Assembly (NCBI GenBank): GCA_040381175.1
Contig: JBEIHU010000001.1
Span: 20-64,019, forward strand
Length of the DNA: 64,000 bases
DNA from: Burkholderiaceae bacterium
GTDB taxonomy: Bacteria > Pseudomonadota > Gammaproteobacteria > Burkholderiales > Burkholderiaceae_C
Reading direction: 5' to 3'
Under the pieces are notes generated by a model. That model saw only the letters and a list, made by a program, of their open reading frames with translations, did no database searches and had not been told where the DNA came from. How positions within the stretch are numbered: position 1 is the first letter of the stretch; each line of letters starts with the position of its first letter. The position numbers and the translations under genes are program-made. Of the stretch, positions 9,703 through 21,617 are shown one piece after another.

Positions 9703-10731
9703 CTACTTGGCGCTCAGCGCGTTGCTCACCAGGCGCGCCGTGATGTCGACGATCTGGATCATGCGGTCGTAGGCCATGCGCGTGGGGCCGATCACGCCCA
9801 GCGTGCCGACGATGCACCCGTCCACCTCGTAGGGCGCGGTCACGACCGACAGTTCCTCGAAGGGCACCACATGGCTCTCGCCGCCGATGTAGATGCGCAC
9901 GCCCTCGGCGCGGCTGCTGACGTCGAGCAGCCGCATCAGCTCGGTCTTTTGCTCGAACACGTCGAACAGCTTGCGCAGGCTGCCCATGTCGTTGCCGAAA
10001 GCCGGCACGTCGAGCAGCTTGCGCTCGCCGCTGACCACCACCTGCTCGGTGCTTTCCGCCAGCACCTCGGTTCCGGCCTGCACCGCGGCCTGCATCAGCG
10101 CCGCGATCTCGCCGCGCAGCGCCTCGATCTCGTGCTTCAGCCGCTCGCGCACCTCTTCGATGCTCAAGCCGGCGTAGTGCAGGTTCAGGTAGTTGGTGGC
10201 CTCGACCAGCTCGCCATGGCTGTGGTCGCGCGCAGTGAAGATCACCCGGTTCTGCACGTCGCCGTCAGGCGCCACCAGGATCACCAGCACGCGCCGTTCG
10301 CCCAGGCGCAGGAACTCGATGTGGTGGAAGACGCTGGCCTTGCGCGGTGCGGTGACCACGCCGACGAAGTTGGACAGGCTGGACAGCAGGCTGGCCGCCT
10401 GCGCGATGACGCGCTGCGGCTGGTCGGGGTGCAACTGCTCGCGCACCACCACCATTTCGGGCGGAACCTCGGCCAGGTTCACCGGCCGCGCCGTCAGCAT
10501 GGTGTCGACGAACAGCCGGTAGCCGCGCGCAGTGGGCACGCGCCCGGCGCTGGTGTGCGGGCTGGCGATCAGGCCCAGCTCTTCCAGGTCGGCCATGACG
10601 TTGCGGATGGTGGCCGGCGACAGCTCCAGCCCGCTGGCCCGCGACAGGGTGCGCGAGCCCACGGGCTGGCCCTCGGCGATGTAGCGCTCCACCAGGGCTT
10701 TGAGCAGGGTCTTGGCGCGCTCGTCCAGCAT
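9703..10731 (-). CDS. hrcA: Heat-inducible transcription repressor HrcA
   Basis: [40 protein letters not shown]. Confidence 0.96.
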   Translation of the reverse strand: MLDERAKTLLKALVERYIAEGQPVGSRTLSRASGLELSPATIRNVMADLEELGLIASPHTSAGRVPTARGYRLFVDTMLTARPVNLAEVPPEMVVVREQLHPDQPQRVIAQAASLLSSLSNFVGVVTAPRKASVFHHIEFLRLGERRVLVILVAPDGDVQNRVIFTARDHSHGELVEATNYLNLHYAGLSIEEVRERLKHEIEALRGEIAALMQAAVQAGTEVLAESTEQVVVSGERKLLDVPAFGNDMGSLRKLFDVFEQKTELMRLLDVSSRAEGVRIYIGGESHVVPFEELSVVTAPYEVDGCIVGTLGVIGPTRMAYDRMIQIVDITARLVSNALSAK

Positions 10732-10799
10732 GTTTTCATTGTACGGACATGGCCTGCGGCAGCGTGTCCGCCGCGGGTCCCTATGGTGTAATGGATCGC

Positions 10800-11675
10800 A
10801 TGCCGTCGCGTTTCCATCACGCTGCCATCGTGGGCAAATACCAGGCCCAGGGCATCCGGCCGCTGCTCGAGGACATCGCACATTTCCTGGTGCGCCTCGG
10901 CCTCGAGGTGTCCTTCGACTCGGCCACCGCGCTGAACACCGGGGTCGCCAACTACGAAGCGCTGTCGCCTTCGGAAATGGGCCGGCGCTGCGATATCGCG
11001 GTGGTGGTGGGCGGCGACGGCACCATGCTCGGCATCGCCCGCGAACTGGCGCGCCACAACCTGCCGCTGGTGGGCATCAACCAGGGGCGGCTGGGCTTCA
11101 TCACCGACGTGCCGCTGGCCCACTACCGCGAGACGCTGGAGAGCATGGTCGCCGGCGACTACGAGGAGGAGCACCGCAGCATGATCGAGGGCGGCGTCTG
11201 GCGCGATGGCGACAAGATCTTCGACGGCCTGTCGCTGAACGAGGTGGTGGTCAGCCGCGGCGCCACCGCCAGCATGGTGGAATTGCGCGTGGACATCGGC
11301 GACGAGTTCGTCGCCAACCTGCGCGCCGACGGGCTGATCATCGCCTCGCCCACCGGCAGCACGGCCTATGCGCTGTCGGCCGGCGGGCCGATCATGCATC
11401 CGGGCATCGGCGGGCTGCTGCTGGTGCCGATCGCCTCGCACACGCTGTCGAACCGGCCGATCGTGCTGCCCGACCACAGCGAGATCCGCATCGAGGTGGT
11501 GGCCGGGCGCGACGCGTCGGCCAACTTCGACATGCAAAGCCTGGCCAGCCTGCTGCACGGCGACCAGGTGCGCGTGCGCCACTCGGCGCTCAAGGTGCGT
11601 TTCCTGCACCCGCGCGGCTGGAGCTACTACGCCACGCTGCGGCGCAAGCTGCGCTGGCACGAAGGCGTGGTGTGA
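10800..11675 (+). CDS. nadK: NAD kinase
   Basis: [30 protein letters not shown]. Confidence 0.95.
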   Translation: MPSRFHHAAIVGKYQAQGIRPLLEDIAHFLVRLGLEVSFDSATALNTGVANYEALSPSEMGRRCDIAVVVGGDGTMLGIARELARHNLPLVGINQGRLGFITDVPLAHYRETLESMVAGDYEEEHRSMIEGGVWRDGDKIFDGLSLNEVVVSRGATASMVELRVDIGDEFVANLRADGLIIASPTGSTAYALSAGGPIMHPGIGGLLLVPIASHTLSNRPIVLPDHSEIRIEVVAGRDASANFDMQSLASLLHGDQVRVRHSALKVRFLHPRGWSYYATLRRKLRWHEGVV

Positions 11676-11838
11676 CCCCCTCCCGCAGCGCCTTCGGCCC
11701 GCCAGCCGGCTTGCAGTCCGGCTGGCCCTGGCGAGCGGGGAACGGTCCGCAGGGACCGTTCCTCGTCGATGCCCGGCCCCCCCGGGGAGGCGACGCCTGC
11801 AGCCCGGCAAAGCCGGTTCCGCGGCGTCTGCGGGATGG
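11676..11838. repeat. REP/MITE-like multi-hairpin intergenic element
   Basis: Outer inverted repeat tcccgcag/ctgcggga enclosing two hairpins; 11802-11826 matches the reverse complement of 51930-51954 at 23/25. Confidence 0.7.
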
Positions 11839-11873
11839 TGCCGCGGCGTGTCGCGGACGCGGCGGGGCCTGAG

Positions 11874-13577
11874 ATGCTGCGGCGCTTGTCCCTGCGCGAC
11901 GTGGTCATCGTCAGCGGGCTCGAGCTGGAGCTCGGCGCGGGCTTTTCGGTGCTGACGGGCGAGACCGGCGCCGGCAAGTCGATCCTGATCGATGCGCTGC
12001 AGCTGGCGCTGGGCGGCCGTGGCGACGCCGGAGTGGTGCGCGAGGGCTGCGCCCGCGCCGAGGTGAGCGCCGAGTTCGACACGCCGGCCTTGCTGCAGCC
12101 CTGGCTGGACAAGGCCGGCTTCGACGCCGGCGACACGCTGCTGCTGCGCCGCAGTGTCGATGCCCAGGGCAAGAGCCGCGCCTGGATCAATGGCAGCCCG
12201 GCCACCGTCGGCCAGCTGCGCGAGGCCGGCGAGCAGCTGGTCGACATCCATGGCCAGCATGCCTGGCAGAGCCTGACGCGGCCGGCCGCGGTGCGCGCGC
12301 TGCTCGACGAACAGGCCGGCGCCGACACCGCTGCGCTGGCATCGCTGTGGCAGGCCTGGAAGGCGGCCGAGGCAGCTTTGACCGACGCGCGCGCGCGCGG
12401 CGAGACCTTGGAACGCGAGCGCGAACGCCTGGCCTGGCAGATCGGCGAGGTCGACAAACTGGCGCCCGGCGACGACGAATGGGAGGAGATCAACGCCGAG
12501 CACCAGCGCCTGGCGCATGCCCAGTCGCTGCTCGACGGGGTGCGCAGCGCACTGTCCGCGCTGTCCGACGGCGAGCCGGCGGCCGATGGCCTGGCCGGGC
12601 GGGCGATCGATGCGCTGGAGGATCTGTTGCGCTACGACGCCAGCCTGGGCGCCGCGCTCGAAGTCCTGCAGGGCGCGCAGGCGCAGCTGCAGGATGCGGC
12701 GCACAGCCTGCACGCGTACCTCGGGCGCAGCGAACCCGACCCGGCACGCCTGGCCGAGCTGGATGCGCGGCTGTCAAACTGGCTGTCGCTGGCGCGGCGC
12801 CACCGGCGCCCGCCGGCCGAGCTGCCGGCCTTGCTGGCCGGCTGGAAGCAGGAGCTGAAGGCTCTCGACGCCGCCACCGACCTGGCGGCGTTGCAGTCGG
12901 CCGAGGAGCAGGCCCAGGCCGCATGGCGCGCGCAGGCCCGGCGCGTGGGCCAGCTGCGCCGCGCCGCAGCCCCCAGGCTGTCGGCCGCGGTGACGCAGGC
13001 GATGCAGCAGCTGGGCATGGCCGGCGGGCGCTTCGAGGTGGCGCTGACGCCGGTGCCAACGCCGCAGGCCTTCGGCCTGGAGAGCGCGGAGTTCCTGGTG
13101 GCCGGCCATGCCGGCAGCAGCCCGCGGCCGCTGGCCAAGGTGGCCTCGGGCGGCGAGCTGTCGCGCCTGGCGCTGGCGATCGCCGTGACCACCTGTCATG
13201 CAGGTGCAGCGCGGGGCTCCGCGGCGCCGACCTTGATCTTCGACGAGATCGACGCGGGCGTCGGCGGCAGCGTGGCCTACCAGGTGGGCCGCATGATGAA
13301 GCAGCTTGGCGCCAGCAGCCAGGTGCTGGCGGTCACTCACCTGGCGCAGGTGGCAGCCTGTGCCGACCACCACTTCGTGGTATCCAAGGCCCTGCAGGGC
13401 CGGGCCACCGTCAGCGACGTGCAGCCGGTGGCGGGCGAAGCCCGCGTCAGCGAGGTGGCGCGCATGCTCGGCGGCGAGCGGCTGGCCGGCACCAGCCGCG
13501 CCCATGCCCGAGCCATGCTCGGCGGTGAAGAAGGCGCCGATCCCCAGCCCGCGCGCAGCGCGCAAAGGCAGCGATGA
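11874..13577 (+). CDS. recN: DNA repair protein RecN
   Basis: [37 protein letters not shown]. Confidence 0.96.
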   Translation: MLRRLSLRDVVIVSGLELELGAGFSVLTGETGAGKSILIDALQLALGGRGDAGVVREGCARAEVSAEFDTPALLQPWLDKAGFDAGDTLLLRRSVDAQGKSRAWINGSPATVGQLREAGEQLVDIHGQHAWQSLTRPAAVRALLDEQAGADTAALASLWQAWKAAEAALTDARARGETLERERERLAWQIGEVDKLAPGDDEWEEINAEHQRLAHAQSLLDGVRSALSALSDGEPAADGLAGRAIDALEDLLRYDASLGAALEVLQGAQAQLQDAAHSLHAYLGRSEPDPARLAELDARLSNWLSLARRHRRPPAELPALLAGWKQELKALDAATDLAALQSAEEQAQAAWRAQARRVGQLRRAAAPRLSAAVTQAMQQLGMAGGRFEVALTPVPTPQAFGLESAEFLVAGHAGSSPRPLAKVASGGELSRLALAIAVTTCHAGAARGSAAPTLIFDEIDAGVGGSVAYQVGRMMKQLGASSQVLAVTHLAQVAACADHHFVVSKALQGRATVSDVQPVAGEARVSEVARMLGGERLAGTSRAHARAMLGGEEGADPQPARSAQRQR

Positions 13578-14521
13578 GCCCGCAGCAGCAGCCCGAAAGG
13601 CGCGCGGTGCCGCGCACCGCCTACGACGGGGCGCCTGTCGGCACGCCCCAGGACCGGCGCGAGGTGGTGCTGATCACCGGCATCTCGGGCTCTGGCAAGT
13701 CGGTGGCGCTGCATGCACTGGAGGACGCCGGCTTCTTTTGCGTCGACAACCTGCCGCCGGAGATGCTGCGCGAGTTCATCCGCCTGGAGCACGAACGCTT
13801 CACGCATCGCGTGGCGGTGGCGGTGGACGTGCGCAACGCCACTTCGCTGCCGCAGCTGGTGCCGCTGATCCTCGATCTGCAAAAAGAAGGCGTGCACATC
13901 CGATGCCTGTTCCTCGATGCCAGCACCGAGGCGCTGCTGCGGCGCTTTTCCGAGACCCGCCGGCCGCACCCGCTGTCGGCCAGCAGCGTGGGCAGCGATG
14001 CCTCGCGCGTGCTCACCGACGCCATCGAGCTGGAGCGCGAACTGCTGGCCGCTTTGCGCGAGGTCTCCACCGTGATCGACACCAGCCAGCTGCGCCCGGC
14101 GCAGTTGCGCAGCTGGGTGCGCGACCTGGTCGGCGCGCGCGGCACGGCATTGACGCTGGTGTTCGAATCCTTCGCCTTCAAGTACGGCGTGCCGCTGGAC
14201 GCCGACTTCGTGTTCGACGTGCGCGTCCTGCCCAACCCGCACTACATCCGCGAGCTGCGGCCGTTGACCGGCCGCGACACGCCGGTCGCCGCGTACCTGG
14301 AGGCCCAGCCCGACGCGATGGAGATGCTGGCGCAGATCGAGGCCTTCCTGCGGCGCTGGCTCGGTGCTTTCGAGGACGACCAGCGCAGCTACCTCACCGT
14401 GGCCATCGGCTGCACCGGCGGGCAGCACCGCTCGGTGTACCTGAGCGAGGCGCTGGCGCGGCGCTTTGGCGACCGCGGCGCCACGCTGGTGCGGCACCGC
14501 GAGCTGGATGCGCGCGAATGA
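13574..14521 (+). CDS. rapZ: RNase adapter RapZ
   Basis: [33 protein letters not shown]. Confidence 0.93.
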   Translation: MSPQQQPERRAVPRTAYDGAPVGTPQDRREVVLITGISGSGKSVALHALEDAGFFCVDNLPPEMLREFIRLEHERFTHRVAVAVDVRNATSLPQLVPLILDLQKEGVHIRCLFLDASTEALLRRFSETRRPHPLSASSVGSDASRVLTDAIELERELLAALREVSTVIDTSQLRPAQLRSWVRDLVGARGTALTLVFESFAFKYGVPLDADFVFDVRVLPNPHYIRELRPLTGRDTPVAAYLEAQPDAMEMLAQIEAFLRRWLGAFEDDQRSYLTVAIGCTGGQHRSVYLSEALARRFGDRGATLVRHRELDARE

Positions 14522-14540
14522 GCCGCGCCGCGAGCCGCTG

Positions 14541-15170
14541 ATGGCTGAGCCCGAGCACATCGCCGCGCTGCCGCTGTTCCCGCTGCGCTCGGTGCTGTTC
14601 CCGGGCGGGCTGCTGGCGCTGAAGGTCTTCGAGGCCCGCTACCTGGACCTGGTGTCCGACTGCCTGCGCCGGCAGCAGCCCTTCGGCGTCGTCTGCCTGC
14701 TGCAGGGCGGCGAGGTGCGCGCCGGCAAGGGCCCGGCCGTGCACTTCGAAAGCGCCGGCGTGCTGGCCCGGCTGGACGAGGTGGACAGCGAGCAGCCCGG
14801 CGTGCTGCGCGCGCGCTGCACCGGCACGCGCCGCTTCCGCCTGGCCGGTGCCACCACCCAGCAGGCCGACGGCCTGTGGGTCGGCAGCGCCGACTTGCTG
14901 GCCGACGACGAGGCGCTGGCGCCAAGCGCCGAGCTGCTGCCCACGGTGCAGGCGCTGGCCAATGCCATCGCCACGCTCAAGGCGCAGGGAGCCGAGCCCT
15001 TCAACCTGCCGCACCGGCTGGACGATGCCGGCTGGGTGGCCAACCGCTGGTGCGAGATCCTGCCGATCTCGCTGGGCGCCAAGCAAAAACTGATGGAGCT
15101 GGACAACCCGCAGGTGCGCCTGCAACTGGTGCACGACTACCTGCTCGGCAAGGGCGTGGTCAGCGGCTGA
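14541..15170 (+). CDS. LON peptidase substrate-binding domain protein
   Basis: LPLFPLRSVLFPGG..LKVFEARYLD; no protease domain. Confidence 0.85.
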   Translation: MAEPEHIAALPLFPLRSVLFPGGLLALKVFEARYLDLVSDCLRRQQPFGVVCLLQGGEVRAGKGPAVHFESAGVLARLDEVDSEQPGVLRARCTGTRRFRLAGATTQQADGLWVGSADLLADDEALAPSAELLPTVQALANAIATLKAQGAEPFNLPHRLDDAGWVANRWCEILPISLGAKQKLMELDNPQVRLQLVHDYLLGKGVVSG

Positions 15171-16203
15171 GCAGCTTGCGCAGCGGCGCTGGCAGGCCCA
15201 TCTGCAGCGCCTGGTCCTGGCCGACCCAGCGGCCCGGCGGCAGTTGCCGCATCACGGCAGCCAGGTGCCGCGCAGCCAGGCGCGGTGGCAGCGTCCAGCG
15301 CAGCGGTTGCAGCGTCCAGTCGAAGTGCGTCAGCGCGTGCTCTATCGCCGGCAGCGTTTCGCCATCGCCCGGCCAGCCCTGCAGCAACTGGCGCAGCGTT
15401 TCGGGCGTGTCGTATTCGGGCAGGCTCCACAGCCCGGCCCAAACGCCCTGTTCAGGGCGCTGCACCAGCCACAGCCGGTCGCCCTGCACCAGCCACAGCC
15501 AGGCATGGGCTCGCCTGCCGCGTTTCAGCCGGCGCTTCTTGACCGGGTAGGCCTCGGGCCGGCCTTCGCGCCGGGCCACGCACAGCGTGGCCAGCGGGCA
15601 GCGCTCGCAGGCCGGCTTGCGCGCGCTGCACAGCGTGGCGCCCAGGTCCATCAGGCCCTGGGTGTAGGCCTCGACGCCGCGCGCTGGCACCAGGTCCTGC
15701 GCCTGCTGCCACAGCGCGCGCTCCTCTGCCGCGACCGACAGGTCGCCGGCAAAGCCGAGCGCACGGCCGAGCACCCGCTTGACGTTACCGTCGAGGATGG
15801 CCACGCGCTCACCAAAACAGAATGCGGCGATCGCCGCAGCGGTGGAGCGGCCGATGCCCGGCAGCTGCGCCAGTGCCGCGCTGCTGGCCGGGAACACGCC
15901 GCCATGCTCGTGCTGCACGACCCGCGCGCAGCGGTGCAGGTTGCGAGCGCGGCTGTAGTAGCCCAGGCCGCTCCACAGCGCCAGCACCTCGTCCGGCGCG
16001 GCCGCGGCGAGCGAGGCCACATCCGGGAAGCGCTGCAGGAAGCGCGTGTAGTAGCCCAGCACCGTGGCCACCTGGGTCTGCTGCAGCATGATCTCGGACA
16101 GCCAGACACGGTACGGGTCCTTCGTGTCCTGCCAGGGCAGCCCCTGGCGGCCGAACTGCCGGCGCCAGCGCAGCACGCGCTGCGCGATGTCGCCGCCGGA
16201 CAT
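15160..16203 (-). CDS. mutY: A/G-specific adenine glycosylase MutY
   Basis: WLSEIMLQQTQV, GLGYYSRARN, LPGIG, DGNVKRV, 4Fe-4S Cys cluster. Confidence 0.96.
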   Translation of the reverse strand: MSGGDIAQRVLRWRRQFGRQGLPWQDTKDPYRVWLSEIMLQQTQVATVLGYYTRFLQRFPDVASLAAAAPDEVLALWSGLGYYSRARNLHRCARVVQHEHGGVFPASSAALAQLPGIGRSTAAAIAAFCFGERVAILDGNVKRVLGRALGFAGDLSVAAEERALWQQAQDLVPARGVEAYTQGLMDLGATLCSARKPACERCPLATLCVARREGRPEAYPVKKRRLKRGRRAHAWLWLVQGDRLWLVQRPEQGVWAGLWSLPEYDTPETLRQLLQGWPGDGETLPAIEHALTHFDWTLQPLRWTLPPRLAARHLAAVMRQLPPGRWVGQDQALQMGLPAPLRKLLSR

Positions 16204-18179
16204 CAGTGCGCGCGGCTCAGCAAGGGCCTGGCCAGATCGGGCTCGCCTGCCCCGGTGTCGGGAGCGGCCAGCGCCGCGGCAAGCACTTGGTCGACCAGCG
16301 AGTCGAGCCGCCATTGCAGGCCGGCCAAGCGCTTGTCCTGCTGCTCGACCTCGGCAACGCGCTGCTCCAGTTCCCCCGCGGCCGACTGGATGCGCTGCAG
16401 CGCCTCGTGCCGGCGCGCGAAGGCGCGGCGCCGCTCGCGCAGCTGCTGCTCGATCTGGGCCGACGCGGCCTTGCTCCACGACTCGACTTCGCCGGCCGCG
16501 TTCTCGAAGACCACGCGCAGCTTGGACAGCAGCATGCGCTGGAACTGATCCATGAAGCCGGGGCTGGACAGCCGCCAGGCCTGCATCGGACCGAGGTAGC
16601 GGCCGTAGCTGCGTTCGATCAGGTCCAGATCTTCGACGTAGCGCTCCAGCTGCGGCGCGCCGGCCAGCGCGAGGGCAAAGCCGAACTCCGCATTCAGCTG
16701 GTGATAGCTGGCGCGCAGCATCTGCTGGATTTCGTCGGACTGGTTGCGCGCCTTGGCCAGGGCGCGGCGCAGCCGCTCGCAGGTGGCGCCGAAGGCCTTG
16801 CGCGCGCCCAGCTGCAGCGGCGTCGCGGCCATCGCCAGCCGCAGGGCCTCCAGCTCGTCGCGCAGCGCCTCGGCCGACAGCGCGTCCAGGGCCTTGTGCA
16901 GCTGCCGCAGGTGCACCGCGCGCAGCGCCGCCAGCCGCGTGGTGCAGCGTTCGAAGTCGCCAATCTCGGCATCCAGCCGCATCAGCATGGCCTGCACCTT
17001 GGCATTGCTCTTGCCGCGCAGGCCGCGCAGCTCGAGCATCTGCTCGGCGTTGTGGCGGCGGCGTTCGCCAAGGCGCCTGGTGGCCGCGTGGCGCAGTGTC
17101 TGCACGGTGCCGGCAGCGGAGCGCGCCAGCAACTCGCGCCGGCGCGGCAGCAGTTGCGTGGCCAGCGCGGCCTCCAGCGCCGGCAGGCCGCGGCGCTCGA
17201 GCGCAGCGGCAACGCCGCCGACGCGCGCGGCCCGCGCGTCGCGCGCCGACAGCGCGGAGATGCGCGGCAGCGGCATCTCGAGCGTTTGTGCGATCTTGCG
17301 CCGCTGGTTGTCGAGTTGGGCAGCCACCGCGGCAGGCGTGGACAGCGGGTCGGCCAGGATGTCCGTCTTGTTGAGCACGACGAAGCGCTCGAGCGTGTCA
17401 TCTCCCAGGTGCTCGATCCAGATGGCGAGGTCGGAGCGCGACACGCCGGTGTCGGCCGCCAGCAGGAAGATGATCGCATGCGCCGCCGGCAGCAGTCCCA
17501 GCGTCAGCTCGGGTTCGGCCCCGACGGCGTTGAGCCCGGGCGTGTCGATGACCACCAGCCCGCGCTGCAGCAGCGGATGCGGATAGTTGATCAGCGCATG
17601 TCGCCAGGCCGGGACTTCGACACTGCCGTCATCCAGCCGAGGCGGGTTGTCCTGCGGATGCTCGTCGCTCCAGAAACCCAGCGACGCGGCCGTCGCCGTG
17701 CTGACGCGGCGCGTCTGGGTCACCAGCATCAGCGCCTCGGCCAGGCCGTCCGGGTTGCGCGGGTCCAGGCCCAGGCGCTGCCAGGCGGCAGGCTGCAGGC
17801 GCAGTTCGGCCAGAGACTGGCCGCCAAGGCGGGTATCGACGGGCAGCAGCGCCAGCTCCGGCGGCTGGCCGGCATGGAACTGAAGCTCAACCGGGCACAT
17901 CGTGGTGCGGCCCGGCGTGGCCGGCAGCACACGCCGGCCGGTGTCGGCGAAGAAGATGGCGTTGAGCAGCTCGGACTTGCCGCGCGACACTTCGGCCACG
18001 CAGGCCAGCACCAGCTTGTCGACGCCGAGCTTGCGGTACAGCGCATCCAGCGACATCTGGCCGGCGGCGTCGAGCAATTCATTCTCGGCCATGAAATCGG
18101 CCACAGAACGCACCCGGCGGCCGAGCGCGCGCCGCCAGGCCGAAAGGGCATCGAGTTGTCGGGCCAGGTTGTTGTTCAT
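16203..18179 (-). CDS. Dynamin-like GTPase
   Basis: G1 AEVSRGKS, G2 TTMCP, G3 DTPG, G4 NKTD, long helical C-terminus. Confidence 0.88.
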   Translation of the reverse strand: MNNNLARQLDALSAWRRALGRRVRSVADFMAENELLDAAGQMSLDALYRKLGVDKLVLACVAEVSRGKSELLNAIFFADTGRRVLPATPGRTTMCPVELQFHAGQPPELALLPVDTRLGGQSLAELRLQPAAWQRLGLDPRNPDGLAEALMLVTQTRRVSTATAASLGFWSDEHPQDNPPRLDDGSVEVPAWRHALINYPHPLLQRGLVVIDTPGLNAVGAEPELTLGLLPAAHAIIFLLAADTGVSRSDLAIWIEHLGDDTLERFVVLNKTDILADPLSTPAAVAAQLDNQRRKIAQTLEMPLPRISALSARDARAARVGGVAAALERRGLPALEAALATQLLPRRRELLARSAAGTVQTLRHAATRRLGERRRHNAEQMLELRGLRGKSNAKVQAMLMRLDAEIGDFERCTTRLAALRAVHLRQLHKALDALSAEALRDELEALRLAMAATPLQLGARKAFGATCERLRRALAKARNQSDEIQQMLRASYHQLNAEFGFALALAGAPQLERYVEDLDLIERSYGRYLGPMQAWRLSSPGFMDQFQRMLLSKLRVVFENAAGEVESWSKAASAQIEQQLRERRRAFARRHEALQRIQSAAGELEQRVAEVEQQDKRLAGLQWRLDSLVDQVLAAALAAPDTGAGEPDLARPLLSRAH

Positions 18180-18353
18180 TTGCAAAGGCCACGGGCCGGG
18201 ACGGCCGCTGCATTCATGCTAGCGCAGGGTCCTCCGCCCGCAGGGGCCTGGAAACAACTGCTGACAACAAGCTTCGTGCAGCTTTGCGCAGACTGGATGC
18301 CGGGGCCTGGCGCCGCTGCGGCGCCGGCCTGCGGGCGGGCGCCGGTGACGCCT

Positions 18354-19202
18354 TCATCGCCGCTTCTGGCAGGCCGGGCAAAAGAATGTCGAGCGCTGCA
18401 CCTGCACGATGCGCCGTACGGTCGAGCCGCAGCGCCGGCAAGGCTGGCCGTCTCGGCCATACACCAGGGCCTCGGCCTGGAACTCGCCAGCGACGCCGTG
18501 CGCGTCGCTGAAGTCGCGCAGCGTCGAGCCTCCAAGTTCCAACGCCCGACCGAGCGTCTCGCGCAAGGCGGACAGCAGCCGCGTGCAGCGCGGCAGGCTC
18601 AAGCGGTCGCAGCGCGTGCGCGGGTCGATGCCGGCGCGGAACAACGCCTCGCAAGCATAGATGTTGCCGGCCCCGACCACCACCTGCCCGCTCAGCAACA
18701 GGCTCTTGATGGCCACCTTGCGGCGCCTGCAGGCTGCATGCAGCACCCGCGGGCTCAGCGACGGATCGAAGGGCTCGGCGCCCAGCCGCGCCAGCAGCCG
18801 TGCCGCCGGTGGCGCGTCGATAGCCGGTGACCACAACACCGCGCCAAAGCGCCGCGGATCGGTCAGGCGCAGCAGGCCACGGGTGGTGCCGAGGTCGAAA
18901 TGCGCATGCGGTCCCGGCGTGGCCGGTTCGTCGTGAAAGGCCAGCGAGCCCGACATGCCCAGGTGCAGCAGCAGACCGCCGTCCATGCCGGCAACTGGCG
19001 GGCCGGCATGGCGGCTCAGCGGCAGCCAGAGGTACTTGCCACGGCGCAGCACCTCGCCCAGGTGCGAGCCGAGCAGGCCTTCAGGCGCGATGCCCAGCGG
19101 CCAGCGCAACGGCTTGCCACAGCGCACCGACGTGACCTGCGCGCCGCGCAGCCGCTCGGCAATGCTGCGCCTCGTCACCTCCACTTCGGGCAGCTCGGGC
19201 AT
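18354..19202 (-). CDS. mutM: Formamidopyrimidine-DNA glycosylase MutM
   Basis: [25 protein letters not shown]-terminal zinc finger. Confidence 0.97.
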   Translation of the reverse strand: MPELPEVEVTRRSIAERLRGAQVTSVRCGKPLRWPLGIAPEGLLGSHLGEVLRRGKYLWLPLSRHAGPPVAGMDGGLLLHLGMSGSLAFHDEPATPGPHAHFDLGTTRGLLRLTDPRRFGAVLWSPAIDAPPAARLLARLGAEPFDPSLSPRVLHAACRRRKVAIKSLLLSGQVVVGAGNIYACEALFRAGIDPRTRCDRLSLPRCTRLLSALRETLGRALELGGSTLRDFSDAHGVAGEFQAEALVYGRDGQPCRRCGSTVRRIVQVQRSTFFCPACQKRR

Positions 19203-19244
19203 GACCCATTATGTGAGAATGAAGCTCAATCTCCTGGAGACCTG

Positions 19245-21065
19245 ATGACCGTCTCGAGCCTGCGGCGCCTTGCCGCATGCCCAAGGGCCGCGATTGCAGT
19301 CATTGCATTCCTCGGCCCGGCCGCGGCCGCCCAGCCGGCCGCGCCCGCAAGCCCTCCCGCCCCGGCCGCGTCGGCCCCGGCGCCGGTTGTCAACTCGGCG
19401 ATCGATGCGCCGCTGTTCTATCAGTTGCTGATTGGCGAGATCGAGCTACGCACGGGGCAGGCCGGCACGGCCTACCAGATCATGCTGGATGCGGCGCGGC
19501 GCACGGGCGACGAGCGCCCGTTCCGCCGTGCCACCGAGATCGCGCTGCAAGGGCGCGCCGGCGAGCAGGCGCTGGTCGCCACACGCGCCTGGCGCGCGGC
19601 ACGGCCCCAGTCGATGGAGGCGATCCAGCTGCAGCTGCAGATCCTGCTGTCGATGAACCGCATTGACGAACTGCCCGAACCGCTGCGAGCGCTGGTCGCC
19701 GGCACCCCGGCCGCGGAACGCGGGGCGGTCATCGCTGCGCTGCCGCGCTTCATGCACCGCGCCACCGAAAAGCGCCGCGTCGCCACGCTGCTCGAAGACG
19801 TGCTGCAGCCTTACCTGGCCGATGCCGGTACGCGCGCGGCCGCGCGCTCGGCGATCGGCCGCGCCTGGCTCGCTGCCGGAGAACCCGCCCGCGCTCTGGA
19901 ACTGGCACGCCAGGCGCTGGCCGCGGATCCGGCGGCCGGTGCCGCAGTGGAACTGGCGCTGGAGCTGATGCCCACCCGGCCCGAGGCGGAAGCGCTGGTC
20001 GCCGGTTACCTGAAGTCCGCCGCCGCGGACCCGGCGCTGCGGCGGGCTTATGCCGGCACGCTGTTGAGCCTGCAGCGCTACGCCGATGCGATTGCCCAGC
20101 TCCAGATCGTTACCACCCAGCAGCCTGATCAGGCGGCGCCCTGGCTGACGCTCGGTGCGCTGCAGTTGGAGCTGCGCCAGACCCAGGCGGCTGAACAGTC
20201 GCTGCAGCGTTACGTGGACCTGGTGCAGGCCCAGCCTGCTGCAGCGTCCGCCGGCGATGACAAAGATGACGACGACACGTCTGGCGACGGTACGGCGGAC
20301 CGGGGCCTGACTCAGGCCTGGCTGCTGCTGGCCAAGGCGGCCGAGCAGCGCGGCGACTTCGCCACCGCCGAGGCCCGCCTGGCCCGCGTGGACAGCCCGC
20401 AGCGCGCGCTCGAGGTGCAGACACGGCGCGCCTCGCTGCTGGCGCGGCAGGGCCGCGTGCCGCAGGCACGCGAGCTGGTGCGCAGCGCGCCCGAGCGCAA
20501 CCCTGGCGACGCCCGCGCCAAGCTGCTGGCCGAAGCGCAGGTGCTGCGCGAGGTCAAGCAATGGTCCGAGGCCTATGCGGTGCTGCAGGCTGCCAACCAG
20601 CGCTTTCCCAACGACTCGGACCTGCTGTACGAGCAGGCGATGATGGCCGAGAAGATCGACCGGCTCGGCGCGATGGAATCGTTGCTTCGCCAGGTGATGG
20701 CGCTCAAGCCCGATCATGCGCATGCGTACAACGCGCTCGGCTATTCGCTGGCCGACCGGAACTTGCGTCTGGGCGAGGCCAAGGCGCTGATCGAGCGGGC
20801 CTTGCAGCTGTCGCCAGGCGATCCATTCATCACCGACAGCCTGGGCTGGGTCGAGTTTCGCCTCGGCAACCGCGACGAGGCGCTGCGCCTGCTGCGCCAG
20901 GCCTACAACGCCCGGCCCGATGCGGAAATCGGCGCCCACCTCGGCGAGGTGCTTTGGGCCCTGGGCCAGCGCGACGAAGCCCGGCGCATCTGGGCCGAGG
21001 CCAGCAGCCGCGACGCTGGCAACGACGTGCTGCGCGAGACGATGGTCCGCCTGAAGGCGCAATAG
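19245..21065 (+). CDS. Tetratricopeptide repeat protein (exported)
   Basis: Signal-like N-terminus, NALGYSLAD, DSLGWV, EIGAHLGEVLW; usual position between mutM and lolB. Confidence 0.85.
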   Translation: MTVSSLRRLAACPRAAIAVIAFLGPAAAAQPAAPASPPAPAASAPAPVVNSAIDAPLFYQLLIGEIELRTGQAGTAYQIMLDAARRTGDERPFRRATEIALQGRAGEQALVATRAWRAARPQSMEAIQLQLQILLSMNRIDELPEPLRALVAGTPAAERGAVIAALPRFMHRATEKRRVATLLEDVLQPYLADAGTRAAARSAIGRAWLAAGEPARALELARQALAADPAAGAAVELALELMPTRPEAEALVAGYLKSAAADPALRRAYAGTLLSLQRYADAIAQLQIVTTQQPDQAAPWLTLGALQLELRQTQAAEQSLQRYVDLVQAQPAAASAGDDKDDDDTSGDGTADRGLTQAWLLLAKAAEQRGDFATAEARLARVDSPQRALEVQTRRASLLARQGRVPQARELVRSAPERNPGDARAKLLAEAQVLREVKQWSEAYAVLQAANQRFPNDSDLLYEQAMMAEKIDRLGAMESLLRQVMALKPDHAHAYNALGYSLADRNLRLGEAKALIERALQLSPGDPFITDSLGWVEFRLGNRDEALRLLRQAYNARPDAEIGAHLGEVLWALGQRDEARRIWAEASSRDAGNDVLRETMVRLKAQ

Positions 21066-21593
21066 GTGCGGCGCGCGGCCTGGCTGCTAGCGACGCTGGC
21101 CCTGGCCGGCTGCGCCGCGGTGCCGCCGGTGCCGGGCAGCCCGCCGGCGCTTTCCGGACGGCTGGCATTGCAGGTCGAGTCCATGCCCGACAGGCCTGCG
21201 CAGGCGATCAGCGCCAGCTTCGATCTGCGCGGCAGCGCCGAGCAAGGCGAGCTGCGGCTGAGCAGCCCGCTGGGCACGACATTGGCCGCGGCCTTCTGGG
21301 CGCCGGGCGTGGTGCGGCTGGTCACGCCGCAGGGCGAAAAGCGCTTCGCCGACCTGGACGCCCTGTCGCGGGAGGCCTTTGGCGAGAGCCTGCCGTTGCG
21401 CGCCCTGCCCGATTGGTTCCAAGGCCGGCCCTGGCCCGGGGCGGCCGAGCCGGCGCAACCGCTGCAGCCCGGCCCCGGCTTTTTGCAGCTGGGCTGGACC
21501 ATCGACTTGGCGCGCTTCGACAGCGGACAGCTGCAGGTCTCGCGCGCCGGACCTCCGGCCGTGCGGCTGCGCGCGCAGTTCGATGCGCCATGA
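21066..21593 (+). CDS. lolB: Outer membrane lipoprotein LolB
   Basis: Lipobox LAGC, SGRLAL, LSSPLG; directly upstream of ispE. Confidence 0.85.
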   Translation: MRRAAWLLATLALAGCAAVPPVPGSPPALSGRLALQVESMPDRPAQAISASFDLRGSAEQGELRLSSPLGTTLAAAFWAPGVVRLVTPQGEKRFADLDALSREAFGESLPLRALPDWFQGRPWPGAAEPAQPLQPGPGFLQLGWTIDLARFDSGQLQVSRAGPPAVRLRAQFDAP

Positions 21594-21617
21594 GCACGCG
21601 TTGCCCACGCTAGTCCA

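Noticed and set aside
10732-11873. CIRCE element near hrcA and LexA box before recN
   Set aside because: Neither TTAGCACTC-N9-GAGTGCTAA nor CTGT-N8-ACAG was seen in the intergenic parts.
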